Assembly: GCA_021782355.1 (NCBI GenBank)
Contig: JAJXUZ010000002.1
Coordinates: 1 to 39,256, forward strand
Length of the DNA stretch: 39,256 nt
Direction: 5' to 3'
Source of the DNA: Candidatus Micrarchaeota archaeon
Lineage (GTDB): Archaea > Micrarchaeota > Micrarchaeia > Norongarragalinales > UBA97
The position numbers and the translations under genes were made by a program. Shown here piece by piece: positions 1 through 9,598 of this stretch (positions within the stretch are counted from its first letter, which is position 1; each line of letters begins with the position of its first letter). The notes under the pieces were generated by a model. It saw only the letters and a list, made by a program, of their open reading frames with translations, ran no database searches and was not told the origin of the DNA.

Positions 1-1995
1 AAGGGAAGTGAATTAGTAAACAGCGTATTCACTGAATTTCGAGCAGATTCTTCAGGAAACCTTACTCCTCTAGAAATGAAAGTAATTGATGTTGGTTGGG
101 GATTTGAAAGACTTCTTTGGTATTATAGTGGAGCTGCTAGTGTGTATGATGCAACATTTTGGCCAGAAATGGAATATATGCGTGGCAAATCGCAACTAGA
201 ACTTCCACAGCAACTTTTTGATAGTTATTCGCGCCTTGCTGCAAAGCTGGACGTTGAAACAGTGCACAATTTACGCGATGAAAAATTAAAAATTGCAAAA
301 GAATTAAGCATCGATTTAGTAGAGTTGGAAAAAACCATTGCACCGATGCAAGCTCTCTATGCAATTGCCGACCATTCAAGAAGTTTATTATTTGCAATCA
401 GTGATGGTGCATTACCTTCAAATAATGCAGGTGGATACAATCTAAGAGTTCTTGCACGAAGAGCATTTTCATTCTTAGACCAATATCCCTTTGACTTCTC
501 CTTATTTGATATTATGGAACTTCATAGTCGAGACCTTAAAGGACTTTATCCACAATTATCGGAAAACTTAGATGATGTTCAGCAAATAATAGAAGAAGAA
601 AAGAAAAAGTATTCAACTAGTAAAATCTCTTCAATTAAAACTGCCCAGGCAATAATTGCAAAAGGAAAGCCATTACAAACAAAAGATTTGTTTTCCTTGT
701 ATGAAAGTCACGGGGTAACTCCGGAAACACTTGAACAGGCAGCTGCCCAATTAAACTCTACTATACAAATTCCAAGTGACTATTATCGATTGCTTACTGA
801 AAAGCACATTATGGAAAAGCACCAAGCGAAAACCAGTCCATTAGATATTTCTGGTCTTCAAGCTACCAAAGCAATTTATTACGAACAACCTTACTTGCAA
901 GAATGTTTTGCCAAAGTAATTCGAGTTGACGGCAATAAGGTGATTTTGGATCAAACCATTTTCTACCCAGAAGGTGGTGGACAAATTTACGATACTGGAA
1001 CGATTGGTGCAATTAATGTAACAAAAGTTGAAAAAATTTCCGGAGTAATTATTCATTATGTTGAAAATTCTCAATCAATTCAAGAAGGTTCAACTGTTAA
1101 ACTAAAAATTGACTGGCAAAGAAGACATTCGATTATGCGCCATCATTCTGCTACGCACGTAATGATTCAAACTTCAAAAAGAATTTTAGGAAACCACGTT
1201 TGGCAATGTGGAAGTCATAAAGAAGAAAACGATGCTCACGTTGATATTACTCACTTTAAGAAATTAACAAAAGAGCAGATTGAAGAAATCGAAAATGCTG
1301 CAAATCTGTTAATCTGGCAGGCCCGACCAATAATAATGCAAGAAATGCCTAGGGGGGAAGCTGAAAAGAAATTCGGTTTTCGACTCTATCAGGGTGGCGG
1401 AGCAATTGGAAAATTGTTACGGATAGTAGAAATCTCTGGTTATGATGTACAAGCTTGCGGTGGAGTTCACGTTAAAAATACAAGTGAAATCGGAGTAATT
1501 AGAATCATCGGAGTGGATAACGTTCAAGATGGCGTAGTGAGACTTCGTTATCAAGCAGGAGCAATGGCGCTTGCCGGTATGCATCAACAGGATGAAATTA
1601 TAGATAAGACTGTATCTGGACTATCAACTTCGTTGTCTGCATTGCCCACTACCACTCAACGTTTGTTTGAAGATTGGAAATCCGCCAACAAAGAATCTGA
1701 CCGTTTAACCGAATTACTTGCTAAATCAATGACTGAAAATTTAATAGCCAATCAAAAAGATTTTCCAAACAAGACAATTAATTGTGGCAAATTAAATCAA
1801 TCAGAAAAATTTGTGGAAAAATTAGTTTTAACTGTTGCGTCTAACGAAGGATACTGTGCAGTTGCATCAAACGAGCAAGGTTTTGTGGCCTGTGCTTGCA
1901 ACGAAAAAAGTCAAGAATCCGCCAATCAACTATTGGAAAAAACCGGAGCAAAAGGCGGAGGAACTAAGAAATTTGCAAGAGGAAAACTTGAGTAA
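1..1995 (+). CDS. alaS: Alanyl-tRNA synthetase, C-terminal ~2/3 (5' end lies upstream of the window)
   Basis: The frame is open from nt 1, with no stop before the ATG at 76 used by the ORF track. Editing-domain metal motifs HSATH and CGGVH are present. The C-terminal GGGTKKFARG tail is typical of the AlaRS DHHA1-like end. Confidence 0.9.
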   Translation, partial: KGSELVNSVFTEFRADSSGNLTPLEMKVIDVGWGFERLLWYYSGAASVYDATFWPEMEYMRGKSQLELPQQLFDSYSRLAAKLDVETVHNLRDEKLKIAKELSIDLVELEKTIAPMQALYAIADHSRSLLFAISDGALPSNNAGGYNLRVLARRAFSFLDQYPFDFSLFDIMELHSRDLKGLYPQLSENLDDVQQIIEEEKKKYSTSKISSIKTAQAIIAKGKPLQTKDLFSLYESHGVTPETLEQAAAQLNSTIQIPSDYYRLLTEKHIMEKHQAKTSPLDISGLQATKAIYYEQPYLQECFAKVIRVDGNKVILDQTIFYPEGGGQIYDTGTIGAINVTKVEKISGVIIHYVENSQSIQEGSTVKLKIDWQRRHSIMRHHSATHVMIQTSKRILGNHVWQCGSHKEENDAHVDITHFKKLTKEQIEEIENAANLLIWQARPIIMQEMPRGEAEKKFGFRLYQGGGAIGKLLRIVEISGYDVQACGGVHVKNTSEIGVIRIIGVDNVQDGVVRLRYQAGAMALAGMHQQDEIIDKTVSGLSTSLSALPTTTQRLFEDWKSANKESDRLTELLAKSMTENLIANQKDFPNKTINCGKLNQSEKFVEKLVLTVASNEGYCAVASNEQGFVACACNEKSQESANQLLEKTGAKGGGTKKFARGKLE

Positions 1996-2018
1996 TTTTT
2001 TCTTGCAAATTTTATTTT

Positions 2019-2348
2019 TTATCTTTTAATTGTCGCATCTTCATTCATAACAAATTTTACAATTAGAAAGACTACGAGTGCGATAATAATGAAGTTAATT
2101 ATTTGTGAAATCAAATCGCCAATTAAAAACTTAAAAGGTCCAATTTCTAAAATTGCCGTTTGCCAACTTCCACCCGGAATAATCACGGTGACAATAGGCA
2201 TAATTGTATCATTAGTAAGTCCGGTGACTAATTTAGTTGCAGCCGAGCCAATTACAAACGCTACTGCAAGTCCGATTACTTGATATTTTTTCAAAAAATC
2301 TAAAAATTCAGCTGTGAAACTCATTTTTTGTTGTGTTATTTCGTCCAT
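2019..2348 (-). CDS. mscL: Large-conductance mechanosensitive channel MscL
   Basis: FLDFLKKYQVIGLAVAFVIGSAATKLVTGLTNDTIMPIV matches the MscL TM1 signature, and a second TM follows. I place the start at the ATG at 2348 (MDEIT...), 5 nt after the uppP stop. The track start at 2384 would overlap uppP. Confidence 0.8.
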   Translation of the reverse strand: MDEITQQKMSFTAEFLDFLKKYQVIGLAVAFVIGSAATKLVTGLTNDTIMPIVTVIIPGGSWQTAILEIGPFKFLIGDLISQIINFIIIALVVFLIVKFVMNEDATIKR

Positions 2349-2352
2349 ATTT

Positions 2353-3189
2353 TTACCCCACTTTAAAGAACAATGAAATTGCAAACGGAATCATTGACAA
2401 AATGCCGATTGCCGCCAAAAAGTAGTATGGCTTAACTTTACTTGCAAGTTTTGTTAATACATCCATAGTTAGGAACGAGAACAGTGCAGAAATTATAATT
2501 CCTAAAATAGCAAACGAGATTGAAATTCCTGCAAATCCGCTTACAAAGTAATAAGCAACTATTGCAGCGAAAATCATCGGAGCACTCATCATAAAGCTGA
2601 ATTTCATTGCTTTATCCGGTTCAATTCCTTGTGCAAGTAATGCACTTTGGGTAATTCCGCTTCGACTAATTCCGGGTATTACTGCAAATCCCTGAGCAAT
2701 TCCAGTAATTATTGACGAAACAATCCCGATTTCTTTCCATTGAGAATGTTCTTTTTTATTGGCAAAGTACGTGATGATTGCCATCACTACTAAAAGCAAA
2801 CCTGCTGCAAATAATAACGGTGCACCATTTACCTTTGAAAAAATCTTTTTAGTAAGTAAATAAAGAGGAAGAGCAACGATTACCGTTGCAATTAATGAAA
2901 TTACTAAAAATCCACTTTGTTTTTCTGTTTGATTGTTCCAGTTATTTATAATTCCGTTTGGATTTTTCAAACTAATTATAGCATCAAAGTATTCTTGCCG
3001 ATATCTGACTATTGCAGCAAGTAAATCTCCTATGTGCAAAATAAGTGCAAATGCAATTGCTGTTGCAAAAGAAATACCAAAAAAGTAATTTGCGACAATT
3101 AAAACTTGGGTCTTGCTGCTTATTGGAATCCAGGCAGTAATTCCCTGAACAACAGAAAGCACAAATGTAGAGATTATGTCCATTGTCAT
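2353..3189 (-). CDS. uppP: Undecaprenyl/polyprenyl-diphosphatase (BacA/UppP family)
   Basis: Polytopic membrane protein with the family motifs SSKTQ (N-terminal) and PGISRSGIT. Confidence 0.85.
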   Translation of the reverse strand: MTMDIISTFVLSVVQGITAWIPISSKTQVLIVANYFFGISFATAIAFALILHIGDLLAAIVRYRQEYFDAIISLKNPNGIINNWNNQTEKQSGFLVISLIATVIVALPLYLLTKKIFSKVNGAPLLFAAGLLLVVMAIITYFANKKEHSQWKEIGIVSSIITGIAQGFAVIPGISRSGITQSALLAQGIEPDKAMKFSFMMSAPMIFAAIVAYYFVSGFAGISISFAILGIIISALFSFLTMDVLTKLASKVKPYYFLAAIGILSMIPFAISLFFKVG

Positions 3190-3320
3190 AATTTGATATT
3201 CATATTTTTCCTTTTAATTGTATTAGTTGACTTATTTACTTAAAATCTTAGTTTTTTTTCAAATAGTTATAAGCAGAACTTAAAAAACTCCGAATCAGTA
3301 AACTTATTGTGAAATAACTT

Positions 3321-4667
3321 ATGAAGGAAGCACCAAACAATTCAATTCAAAAAAATGCATTAGTGATTATTGGGGTAACTGGGGATTTATCTACTAAAAA
3401 ATTATTTCCGGCAATTTGGCACGGCCATCAAACAGGTAGGTTTGAAAAAGTAAAAGTAGTTGGTGTGGGCAGAAGGGATTGGAGTCCTGAAGATTTCAAT
3501 AAATTTGCAGAAAATTCCTGTCAACCTCAAGACCCAACCTCATCCACTTGGAAAAAATTCTGTTCAGGTTTAACTTATGTCAAATCCGATTTTATCAATG
3601 AGGATTTAAGTCCTCTTTCAAAAGTATTGCAAGATTGCAAGGGGATTATTTATTTTCTTGCCACTCCTCCAGAAGCATTTCCTATTCTAGCCGAAAAACT
3701 TTCAAAAATTAAAGTTAAAGGTTTCAAACGTTTAGTGGTTGAAAAACCATTTGGCAAGGATTTGCATACTGCTGAAAAACTTAATACTCAAACCAAAATT
3801 TACTTTAAAGATCAAGTTTATCGAATTGATCATTATCTTGGAAAAGGAATGGTCAGAAATCTTCAAACATTACGATACTCAAACGAAGTATTCCGAAATA
3901 TTTGGAATAAAGACAACATTGAAAGTGTAAACATCATTCAATCTGAAAAAACAGGAGTGGAAACAAGAACAGAATATTATGATCAAACCGGAGCAATTAG
4001 AGATATGATTCAATCTCATTTGCTACAATTACTGGCTTTAGTTGCAATGAATGAAACTTCAAATACTAAAAATTCATTCCTATTAAAATCACAAACTCTT
4101 TTGAAACTAAAAAAACCAGATTCCTCTGATGTTGTAATCGGTCAGTATGCTTCCTATGAAAAAGATGTAGGGCATTCTTCAACTACAGAATCTTTTGCTT
4201 CTATTCGTGCATTTCTAAATATTCCCGAATGGAAAGATGTTCCGTTTTATTTACAAACTGGAAAAAAATTAGATGAAAACTTTGCCAAAATAGTCATAAA
4301 ATTCAAGAAGACAAAGTTCAATCCACTTGCACCTGCAAACTCTCTAGAAATAATGTTATCTCCTGAAGAACGAGTGAAATTTACCTTCAATTTGCACGAC
4401 CACGATTTAAACACATTAAAACCATTCTCGATGGAATACTGTATGTCTTGTGAATTTCGACCGAACACACCTACTGCTTATGAGAAATTAATTTTAGATG
4501 CATTAAATGGGGATAAATCTCTTTATGCAAGTTGGGCTGAAATTCGTGCAAGTTGGAAATATGCTGATAAACTATTGGAAGCTTCAAAAGCAAACAAACT
4601 GTTTATTTATCAAAACGGGTCAAAAGGACCACTTGAACAAGTAGAGAAACTTCATATCGAAGCTTAG
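3321..4667 (+). CDS. zwf: Glucose-6-phosphate 1-dehydrogenase (canonical Zwf type)
   Basis: N-terminal dinucleotide fold IIGVTGDLSTKKLFPAIW, the EKPFG motif, and the active-site signature RIDHYLGKG. Confidence 0.9.
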   Translation: MKEAPNNSIQKNALVIIGVTGDLSTKKLFPAIWHGHQTGRFEKVKVVGVGRRDWSPEDFNKFAENSCQPQDPTSSTWKKFCSGLTYVKSDFINEDLSPLSKVLQDCKGIIYFLATPPEAFPILAEKLSKIKVKGFKRLVVEKPFGKDLHTAEKLNTQTKIYFKDQVYRIDHYLGKGMVRNLQTLRYSNEVFRNIWNKDNIESVNIIQSEKTGVETRTEYYDQTGAIRDMIQSHLLQLLALVAMNETSNTKNSFLLKSQTLLKLKKPDSSDVVIGQYASYEKDVGHSSTTESFASIRAFLNIPEWKDVPFYLQTGKKLDENFAKIVIKFKKTKFNPLAPANSLEIMLSPEERVKFTFNLHDHDLNTLKPFSMEYCMSCEFRPNTPTAYEKLILDALNGDKSLYASWAEIRASWKYADKLLEASKANKLFIYQNGSKGPLEQVEKLHIEA

Positions 4668-4747
4668 TTATCTAGTTGTTTTGTTTGGTAAACACACTTG
4701 TGTTTAACTTTTATATTTAATTCACACATTCTAATTCTTAGATTAAG

Positions 4748-5053
4748 ATGCCAACTTCATTTGAACAATCAGTTTTCAATTCTGTTCTTAAAATCCCCAA
4801 AGGTAAAGTTTCCACCTACGTTCAAGTTGCAAAAACAATCGGTAAACTCAAAGCCTGCAGAGCAGTTGGAAATGCATTAAACAAGAGTCCCGGAATGCCA
4901 TTTTGCCCCTGTCATCGAGTAGTTCGTTCAAATGGGCAAATTGGGGGATTTAAATTTGGCGGAACTAAAGCTAAAATTAAATTACTCGAATCCGAAGGAG
5001 TAAAAATAATTGATGGAAAAGTGGATTCAAATTATTTTTATACTTCTAAATAA
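4748..5053 (+). CDS. ogt: Methylated-DNA--protein-cysteine methyltransferase, single-domain form
   Basis: PCHRVV active-site cysteine motif preceded by a helix-turn-helix (VSTYVQVAKTIG...RAVGNAL). Only the C-terminal MGMT domain is present (101 aa). Confidence 0.85.
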   Translation: MPTSFEQSVFNSVLKIPKGKVSTYVQVAKTIGKLKACRAVGNALNKSPGMPFCPCHRVVRSNGQIGGFKFGGTKAKIKLLESEGVKIIDGKVDSNYFYTSK

Positions 5054-5113
5054 TCTTCAGCAAATTTTAAAATAAATTGAAAATTACTCTGATTTATAAA
5101 TAAGAAAATTAAA

Positions 5114-5262
5114 GTGCCGAGGGCGAGACTTGAACTCGCGACCTCCAGATCGCCCAGATTGCTTAAGACCTTGAGTGAGAATCTTTCAATCGTATGAGTC
5201 TGGCGCTCTAACCGGCTGAGCTTTCGATACCTTAATGAAATAAATCTTTAAGGTTACCTCGG
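5114..5262 (-). tRNA. tRNA-Met/Ile2 (anticodon CAT) with two introns (about 33 nt after position 9, about 42 nt at 37/38)
   Basis: Hand-folded from the reverse complement: GCCGAGG-TA-[33 nt]-GCTC AGCCGGTTA GAGC-G-CCAGA CTCATA-[42 nt]-A TCTGG-AGGTC-GCGAG TTCAAGT CTCGC-CCTCGGC-A. The mature length is 74 nt and all four stems pair. An extra GCCGAGG copy at 5265-5271 makes the exact 5' end ambiguous. CCA is not encoded. Confidence 0.75.
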
Positions 5263-5409
5263 CTTCCTCGGCATCAAATTTCAATTCGTTTTCTTAATAA
5301 TTTAGGTAAAGGCATTAACAAATAAATGTTATTTTAAAGGTTATTTTATAAAAATCACCTATCAATCAATTATTTAAAATAAGTTAAACATTAATTTTTG
5401 TTTAAATAA

Positions 5410-6423
5410 ATGAATCCCATAATATTTGATTTTACAAATTCTGCTTCTATTGCTATTTTAGTTATTACTCTGTTTAGTTTTGCATATTTTTCCTATCTAT
5501 TCAAATGGAAGTTAAATTCAATATTAAGTCAACTCTTGATTTCAATTATTCTTAGTGCAACCGTATGGTTAATTCGCACTGACTTAACTTACAATCCTTT
5601 AGTATTATTCAGTGCAATGTTAATTTCTGTAACACTTGCATTGAATTTAGTAAGTTGGAATTTTATGCCTTTATTTGCAGTTAGTTTACCAATTTATTTG
5701 GCAATATTTCTATATGATAATCTCCAATCAAATCTTATCGCATTAAGTTTAAGCATTTCAATTATTTTGTGGGCAATTTCAATAAGTTTGAAACTATTAG
5801 CAAATCCATTTGTAAAATACCCTCTTATTAAAAGAACTAACAGTTTACCTCTAAGTTATTCTAAAAGCAATGAAACTGCCAGACAGCTTTTTCATATATT
5901 TTTAGGATTTTTTGTTTTAGCTATTTATTTGTTTTTTGGAAAATTCATATTAATTTCTGTATTATTTGTCGGTTTACTATTTGGAATCTTTCTCTTTAAT
6001 TTAAAGAATAATAAGGGTTCAATTTACTTTTTTGAATTATTTCTGTCAACATTTTCAAGACCGGGTGAAGTGGCCGGAATGGGTTCGTTAACTTATTTAT
6101 TAGGTGTAATTTTTTCATTAACCTCCATATCTAATATTCAATATGCCTTAGCGGTAGTTTTGATTTTAGCTGTTGGAGATGGTTTTTCAACTTTAATTGG
6201 AAGAAAATTCGGGAAGAATAAGATTTTTTATAATGAAAAGAAAACTTTTGAAGGATTATTCAGTTTTGTAATATTTTCAATTATTATGACTTACTTCTTA
6301 ATTGGAAGTTCTTCAATTTTATTATCAATTATTCTTGGTATTGTGGAAACCTTGCCAATTGCAAATATCGATGATAATTTAACAATTCCAATAGCCGGAT
6401 TTTTAATGAGCTTATTTGTTTAA
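5410..6423 (+). CDS. Polytopic membrane protein with a C-terminal polyprenol (dolichol/phytol) kinase-like cytidylyltransferase-family domain
   Basis: The C-terminal half carries AVGDGFSTLIGRKFGKNK...KKTFEGLFSF...IDDNLTIP, which resembles the CTP-dependent dolichol/phytol kinase family. It lacks the PGHGG motif of CdsA. The N-terminal ~160 aa are multi-TM with no motif I recognise. Confidence 0.55.
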   Translation: MNPIIFDFTNSASIAILVITLFSFAYFSYLFKWKLNSILSQLLISIILSATVWLIRTDLTYNPLVLFSAMLISVTLALNLVSWNFMPLFAVSLPIYLAIFLYDNLQSNLIALSLSISIILWAISISLKLLANPFVKYPLIKRTNSLPLSYSKSNETARQLFHIFLGFFVLAIYLFFGKFILISVLFVGLLFGIFLFNLKNNKGSIYFFELFLSTFSRPGEVAGMGSLTYLLGVIFSLTSISNIQYALAVVLILAVGDGFSTLIGRKFGKNKIFYNEKKTFEGLFSFVIFSIIMTYFLIGSSSILLSIILGIVETLPIANIDDNLTIPIAGFLMSLFV

Positions 6424-6508
6424 TCTTTATATTATGTAAATCTTAAACGAAAGTGTGTTTGAATAACTTGCAAAAAATAATCAAACCATTTCCGAGTGAA
6501 AATCAAAA

Positions 6509-7165
6509 ATGACAAATAAAGGTAAATTCATTGTTTTTGAAGGAATTGATGCAAGTGGAAAGGGTACACAATCAAATCTTCTTTGTGAGCGTTTTGATGA
6601 GTTAAAAATAAATTATATTTATACTCGCGAACCATTAATGGAAATATCATCTATTAGTCGTTTAATTAATGGAGTTGCCGATTTAACTGCAAAATATAAT
6701 GGATTAACTCCTCAAAATTCTAAAAAGTTTAAGTTAGCTCCTCAAACAATGTCGTTACTTTTTGCTGCTGACCGAGCAGAACACGTTCAAAAAATAATAA
6801 TCCCAACTCTTGAAAAAGGAATCAATGTAGTTTGTGATAGGTATTATGCATCTTCATTGGCATATCAGGGAGCACTTGATAATGTGGATGAAGATTGGAT
6901 TTTGCAAATAAATCGTTTTTGTATTCAACCAGACATAGTGTTTTTGCTCGATATAGACCCAAACAAATCATTGAACCGAATTAAAGGGGAAAAAGACAGA
7001 AGACACGCTGAATTTGAAGAACTATCAAAACAAATTCTTGTCCGAGATAAATATCTTAAATTAAGTAAACAATTTAAAAATTGGAAAATAATTAATGCTG
7101 ATGATAATAAAGAATCAATATTTCAAAAGATAATTGCCGAACTTAAACCCCTAATTAATTGTTAA
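6509..7165 (+). CDS. tmk: Thymidylate kinase
   Basis: P-loop FIVFEGIDASGKGTQ, the DR(Y) motif region CDRYYASSLAYQG, and a lid region. Size is typical. Confidence 0.9.
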   Translation: MTNKGKFIVFEGIDASGKGTQSNLLCERFDELKINYIYTREPLMEISSISRLINGVADLTAKYNGLTPQNSKKFKLAPQTMSLLFAADRAEHVQKIIIPTLEKGINVVCDRYYASSLAYQGALDNVDEDWILQINRFCIQPDIVFLLDIDPNKSLNRIKGEKDRRHAEFEELSKQILVRDKYLKLSKQFKNWKIINADDNKESIFQKIIAELKPLINC

Positions 7166-7232
7166 ATTTCCCCCTAACCGAAGGGGATAAAAACAAGCTT
7201 GATGCCTAAAAAATTAAGCAGATTATTCTAAA

Positions 7233-7339
7233 GCTCCAATCGTCTAGTCCGGTCAAGGACAGCGGCCTTTCGAGTTAATAATTCAAACAATTATTGACGA
7301 AGCCAGCCGCTAACACGGGTCCAAATCCCGTTTGGAGCA
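7233..7339 (+). tRNA. tRNA-Glu (anticodon TTC) with a 32-nt canonical 37/38 intron
   Basis: GCTCCAA-TC-GTCT AGTCCGGTCAA GGAC-A-GCGGC CTTTCG-[7273-7304]-A GCCGC-TAAC-ACGGG TCCAAAT CCCGT-TTGGAGC-A. The mature length is 75 nt. Confidence 0.85.
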
Positions 7340-7571
7340 CTTTTAATTTATTCAAATTCTTTCTCTACTTAACTGTTATCCGAGACATCGAATTGTTACA
7401 TTTCAATTAAGTGAAAGCTATGTACTTTAAACTCAAGAATCTTTTGTTTCAAGGGTAACTTATACTCTTTCTTAACAATTTTTTAGTTGTGTCGAATAAT
7501 TTGATTTTTGAACTCTAATGCCAAGTTTCTTTAATTAGTAATTCAATCTACTGTTTTAACTGTTTTTTAAT

Positions 7572-8360
7572 TTGATGAATTTTATGGAAAAAGAATACTG
7601 CCTTGTTACTGGTGCGTCTAGTGGTCTCGGTCTAGAATTCTGTAAAATATTGGCCGAAAAGAACAAGAATATAGTTATGATTGCACGAAATCCAGAACAA
7701 TTAAAAAAAGCAAGCGAGTATATCAAAACAAATTATGAAATAAAAGTTATTTCTATTTCTGCAGATTTGTCAAATAGTTCAAATGTTATTAAAATCTACG
7801 AACAATTAAAGAAAGAAAATATTTTTGTTTCAGTTTTAATCAACAATGCAGGTATAGGTACATTCGGAAATCTCTTTGAAACTGATTGGAAAGAAGAATC
7901 CTGTATTATAGATTTAAATGCAAAATCATTAGTTTTGTTCTGTAAACTATTTGGCAAAGAAATGAAAGAAAAAAATCAAGGAAAGATTCTAAATGTCGCT
8001 TCAATGGCTTCATTTCTTCCTGATAAAAAAATGGCAGTATACAATGCTTCTAAATCTTTTGTTTTATCCTTTACTTACTCCTTATTTGCAGAATTAAACG
8101 GAAGTAATGTTACTGTAACTGCATTATGTCCGGGACCAGTAAATACCAATTTCATTTCCAGGGCTAAAATTAACGGAGCCAAAGTATTCAACAAAGACAA
8201 TCTTGCAGACTCAGCTAAAATTGCACAGTTAGGAATTGATGCCATGGAAAATGGAAAATTAGTAGAAATTCCCGGAATTAGAAATTGGTTGATAATAAAA
8301 ATTCAAAAAATTCTTCCTATTAAATTGGTGAATAAAATCTATTCAAAAATTAACTACTGA
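7572..8360 (+). CDS. Short-chain dehydrogenase/reductase (SDR)
   Basis: TGASSGLG cofactor motif, NNAG, and the catalytic YNASK. The start could be the ATG at 7575 or 7584 instead of the TTG at 7572. Confidence 0.85.
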   Translation: MMNFMEKEYCLVTGASSGLGLEFCKILAEKNKNIVMIARNPEQLKKASEYIKTNYEIKVISISADLSNSSNVIKIYEQLKKENIFVSVLINNAGIGTFGNLFETDWKEESCIIDLNAKSLVLFCKLFGKEMKEKNQGKILNVASMASFLPDKKMAVYNASKSFVLSFTYSLFAELNGSNVTVTALCPGPVNTNFISRAKINGAKVFNKDNLADSAKIAQLGIDAMENGKLVEIPGIRNWLIIKIQKILPIKLVNKIYSKINY

Positions 8361-8406
8361 CTTTCAATTATTCAAATCTAATTAAATTTAAACTTTTTCT
8401 ATAATC

Positions 8407-9501
8407 GTGAGAACAACGGACAAATCCCACCTATCAATTATGATTGCAAGTGCAGCAATGGCTGCTTCGGCAATATTTATTCCAATATTTGCTCTAGAAA
8501 AAGGAATCAATTACTTTGGAATCGGGTTAATTCAATCAAGTTTAGCTCTTGGTTCTATTCTATCTTACTATATTTTTGGAGTATTAAGCGATAGAACCGG
8601 AGAGAGAATTAAATATGTAAAATTTGGCTATTTTGTCACATCAATAGCAGTTGCAAGTCAACTGGCAATGAATAGTTTGTTATCATTTATAATTATTCAA
8701 TTTTTAGTAGGTGTTTCAGCTGGTATCTATGCGTTTCCTTTGTTTTCAATTGCTGCAAACTTAAAGAATTATAAAAAAGAAGTAAGTCTTCTTTCAGCTT
8801 ATACTGCCCTTGGAAGTTTTCTAGGTTATGTGTTAGCCACATTCCTAACATCGATTTGGATGTTGTTTGTTCTTTCAACAATACTTTTAATGATTGCTTT
8901 TTATCTGTCCCTAAGTATTCCAGATGTTATAACTGCGAAAAAGAATGTTGATTTAGTTCCTACTACCTTACTTAAAAAAGAAAAATTCGTTTTTCTAACT
9001 AATTTTCTTCGTCATATTGGTGCAAACTTTTTCTGGGCGGTGCTTACTATTTATCTACTTGGTTTGGGTGCAAGTAAATCTTGGATTGCCTTAATTTCCG
9101 CAGTTAATCCTTTAGGTCAATTTTTCTTTATGAGAATAGAAGGTGAAATGGTTGCTAATAATTATGTAAATGAAAAAAGACTAATTTTTCTTGGTACCAG
9201 TAGTGCAACTTTAGTTTTCATATTCTACTTAATTATTCCAAATATTTGGTTTACTCTACCAATTGCACTTTTAACTTCATTTGCTTGGAGTGGTTTAAGT
9301 ATAGGTTCCAATTTGTTATTGACTTCAAGAAATCCAGAAAAAGCATCCGCAGGTGGACTGCTCGGTTCAATTTTAGGTTTTTCAAGAGTTGTCGGTCTTG
9401 CAATTGGTGGATTAGTTGCTCAAGTATTCGGATTAGATGCCACCTTGATTTTAGCAATTGTATTTTGCTTTATTTCAACATTAACTTCGTTTCTAATCTG
9501 A
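8407..9501 (+). CDS. MFS-type transporter (substrate unknown)
   Basis: About 10-12 hydrophobic helices and an MFS-like loop GVLSDRTGERIK between TM2 and TM3. The GTG start is uncertain; the first in-frame ATG is at 8440. Confidence 0.65.
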   Translation: MRTTDKSHLSIMIASAAMAASAIFIPIFALEKGINYFGIGLIQSSLALGSILSYYIFGVLSDRTGERIKYVKFGYFVTSIAVASQLAMNSLLSFIIIQFLVGVSAGIYAFPLFSIAANLKNYKKEVSLLSAYTALGSFLGYVLATFLTSIWMLFVLSTILLMIAFYLSLSIPDVITAKKNVDLVPTTLLKKEKFVFLTNFLRHIGANFFWAVLTIYLLGLGASKSWIALISAVNPLGQFFFMRIEGEMVANNYVNEKRLIFLGTSSATLVFIFYLIIPNIWFTLPIALLTSFAWSGLSIGSNLLLTSRNPEKASAGGLLGSILGFSRVVGLAIGGLVAQVFGLDATLILAIVFCFISTLTSFLI

Positions 9502-9598
9502 AAATTCTTTTTTAATATTTCTCTCCAGTTAAAAGCAAACTTAATAACTTGCCAAAGATTTGTTATACTAATTACAATTATATTGAAGGGGGAAATAA

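Noticed and set aside
137-4880. Other short track ORFs nested in alaS, mscL, zwf and ogt (137-397, 841-1074, 1835-2029, 2089-2283, 3739-3930, 4247-4468, 4698-4880)
   Set aside because: Each is nested in, or antisense to, a gene with clear family motifs. None has its own SD or promoter context or any recognisable motif.
5256-5271. Tandem duplicate of the tRNA-Met 5' acceptor strand (GCCGAGG AA GCCGAGG), considered as a sign of a split or permuted tRNA
   Set aside because: A complete cloverleaf can be assembled collinearly from this single locus using the inner copy. The outer copy is more simply leader sequence or part of an alternative helix for intron recognition.
7166-7190. Short hairpin TCCCC-N9-GGGGA after tmk, considered as a terminator
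   Set aside because: The stem is only 5 bp and is followed by an A-rich rather than T-rich tract. It may be fortuitous, and the tRNA-Glu promoter must also fit in this 67-nt spacer.
9246-9515. 89-aa and 68-aa ORFs overlapping the 3' end of the MFS transporter gene
   Set aside because: They are out-of-frame or antisense to a continuous membrane-protein ORF whose hydrophobic periodicity is maintained through this region.
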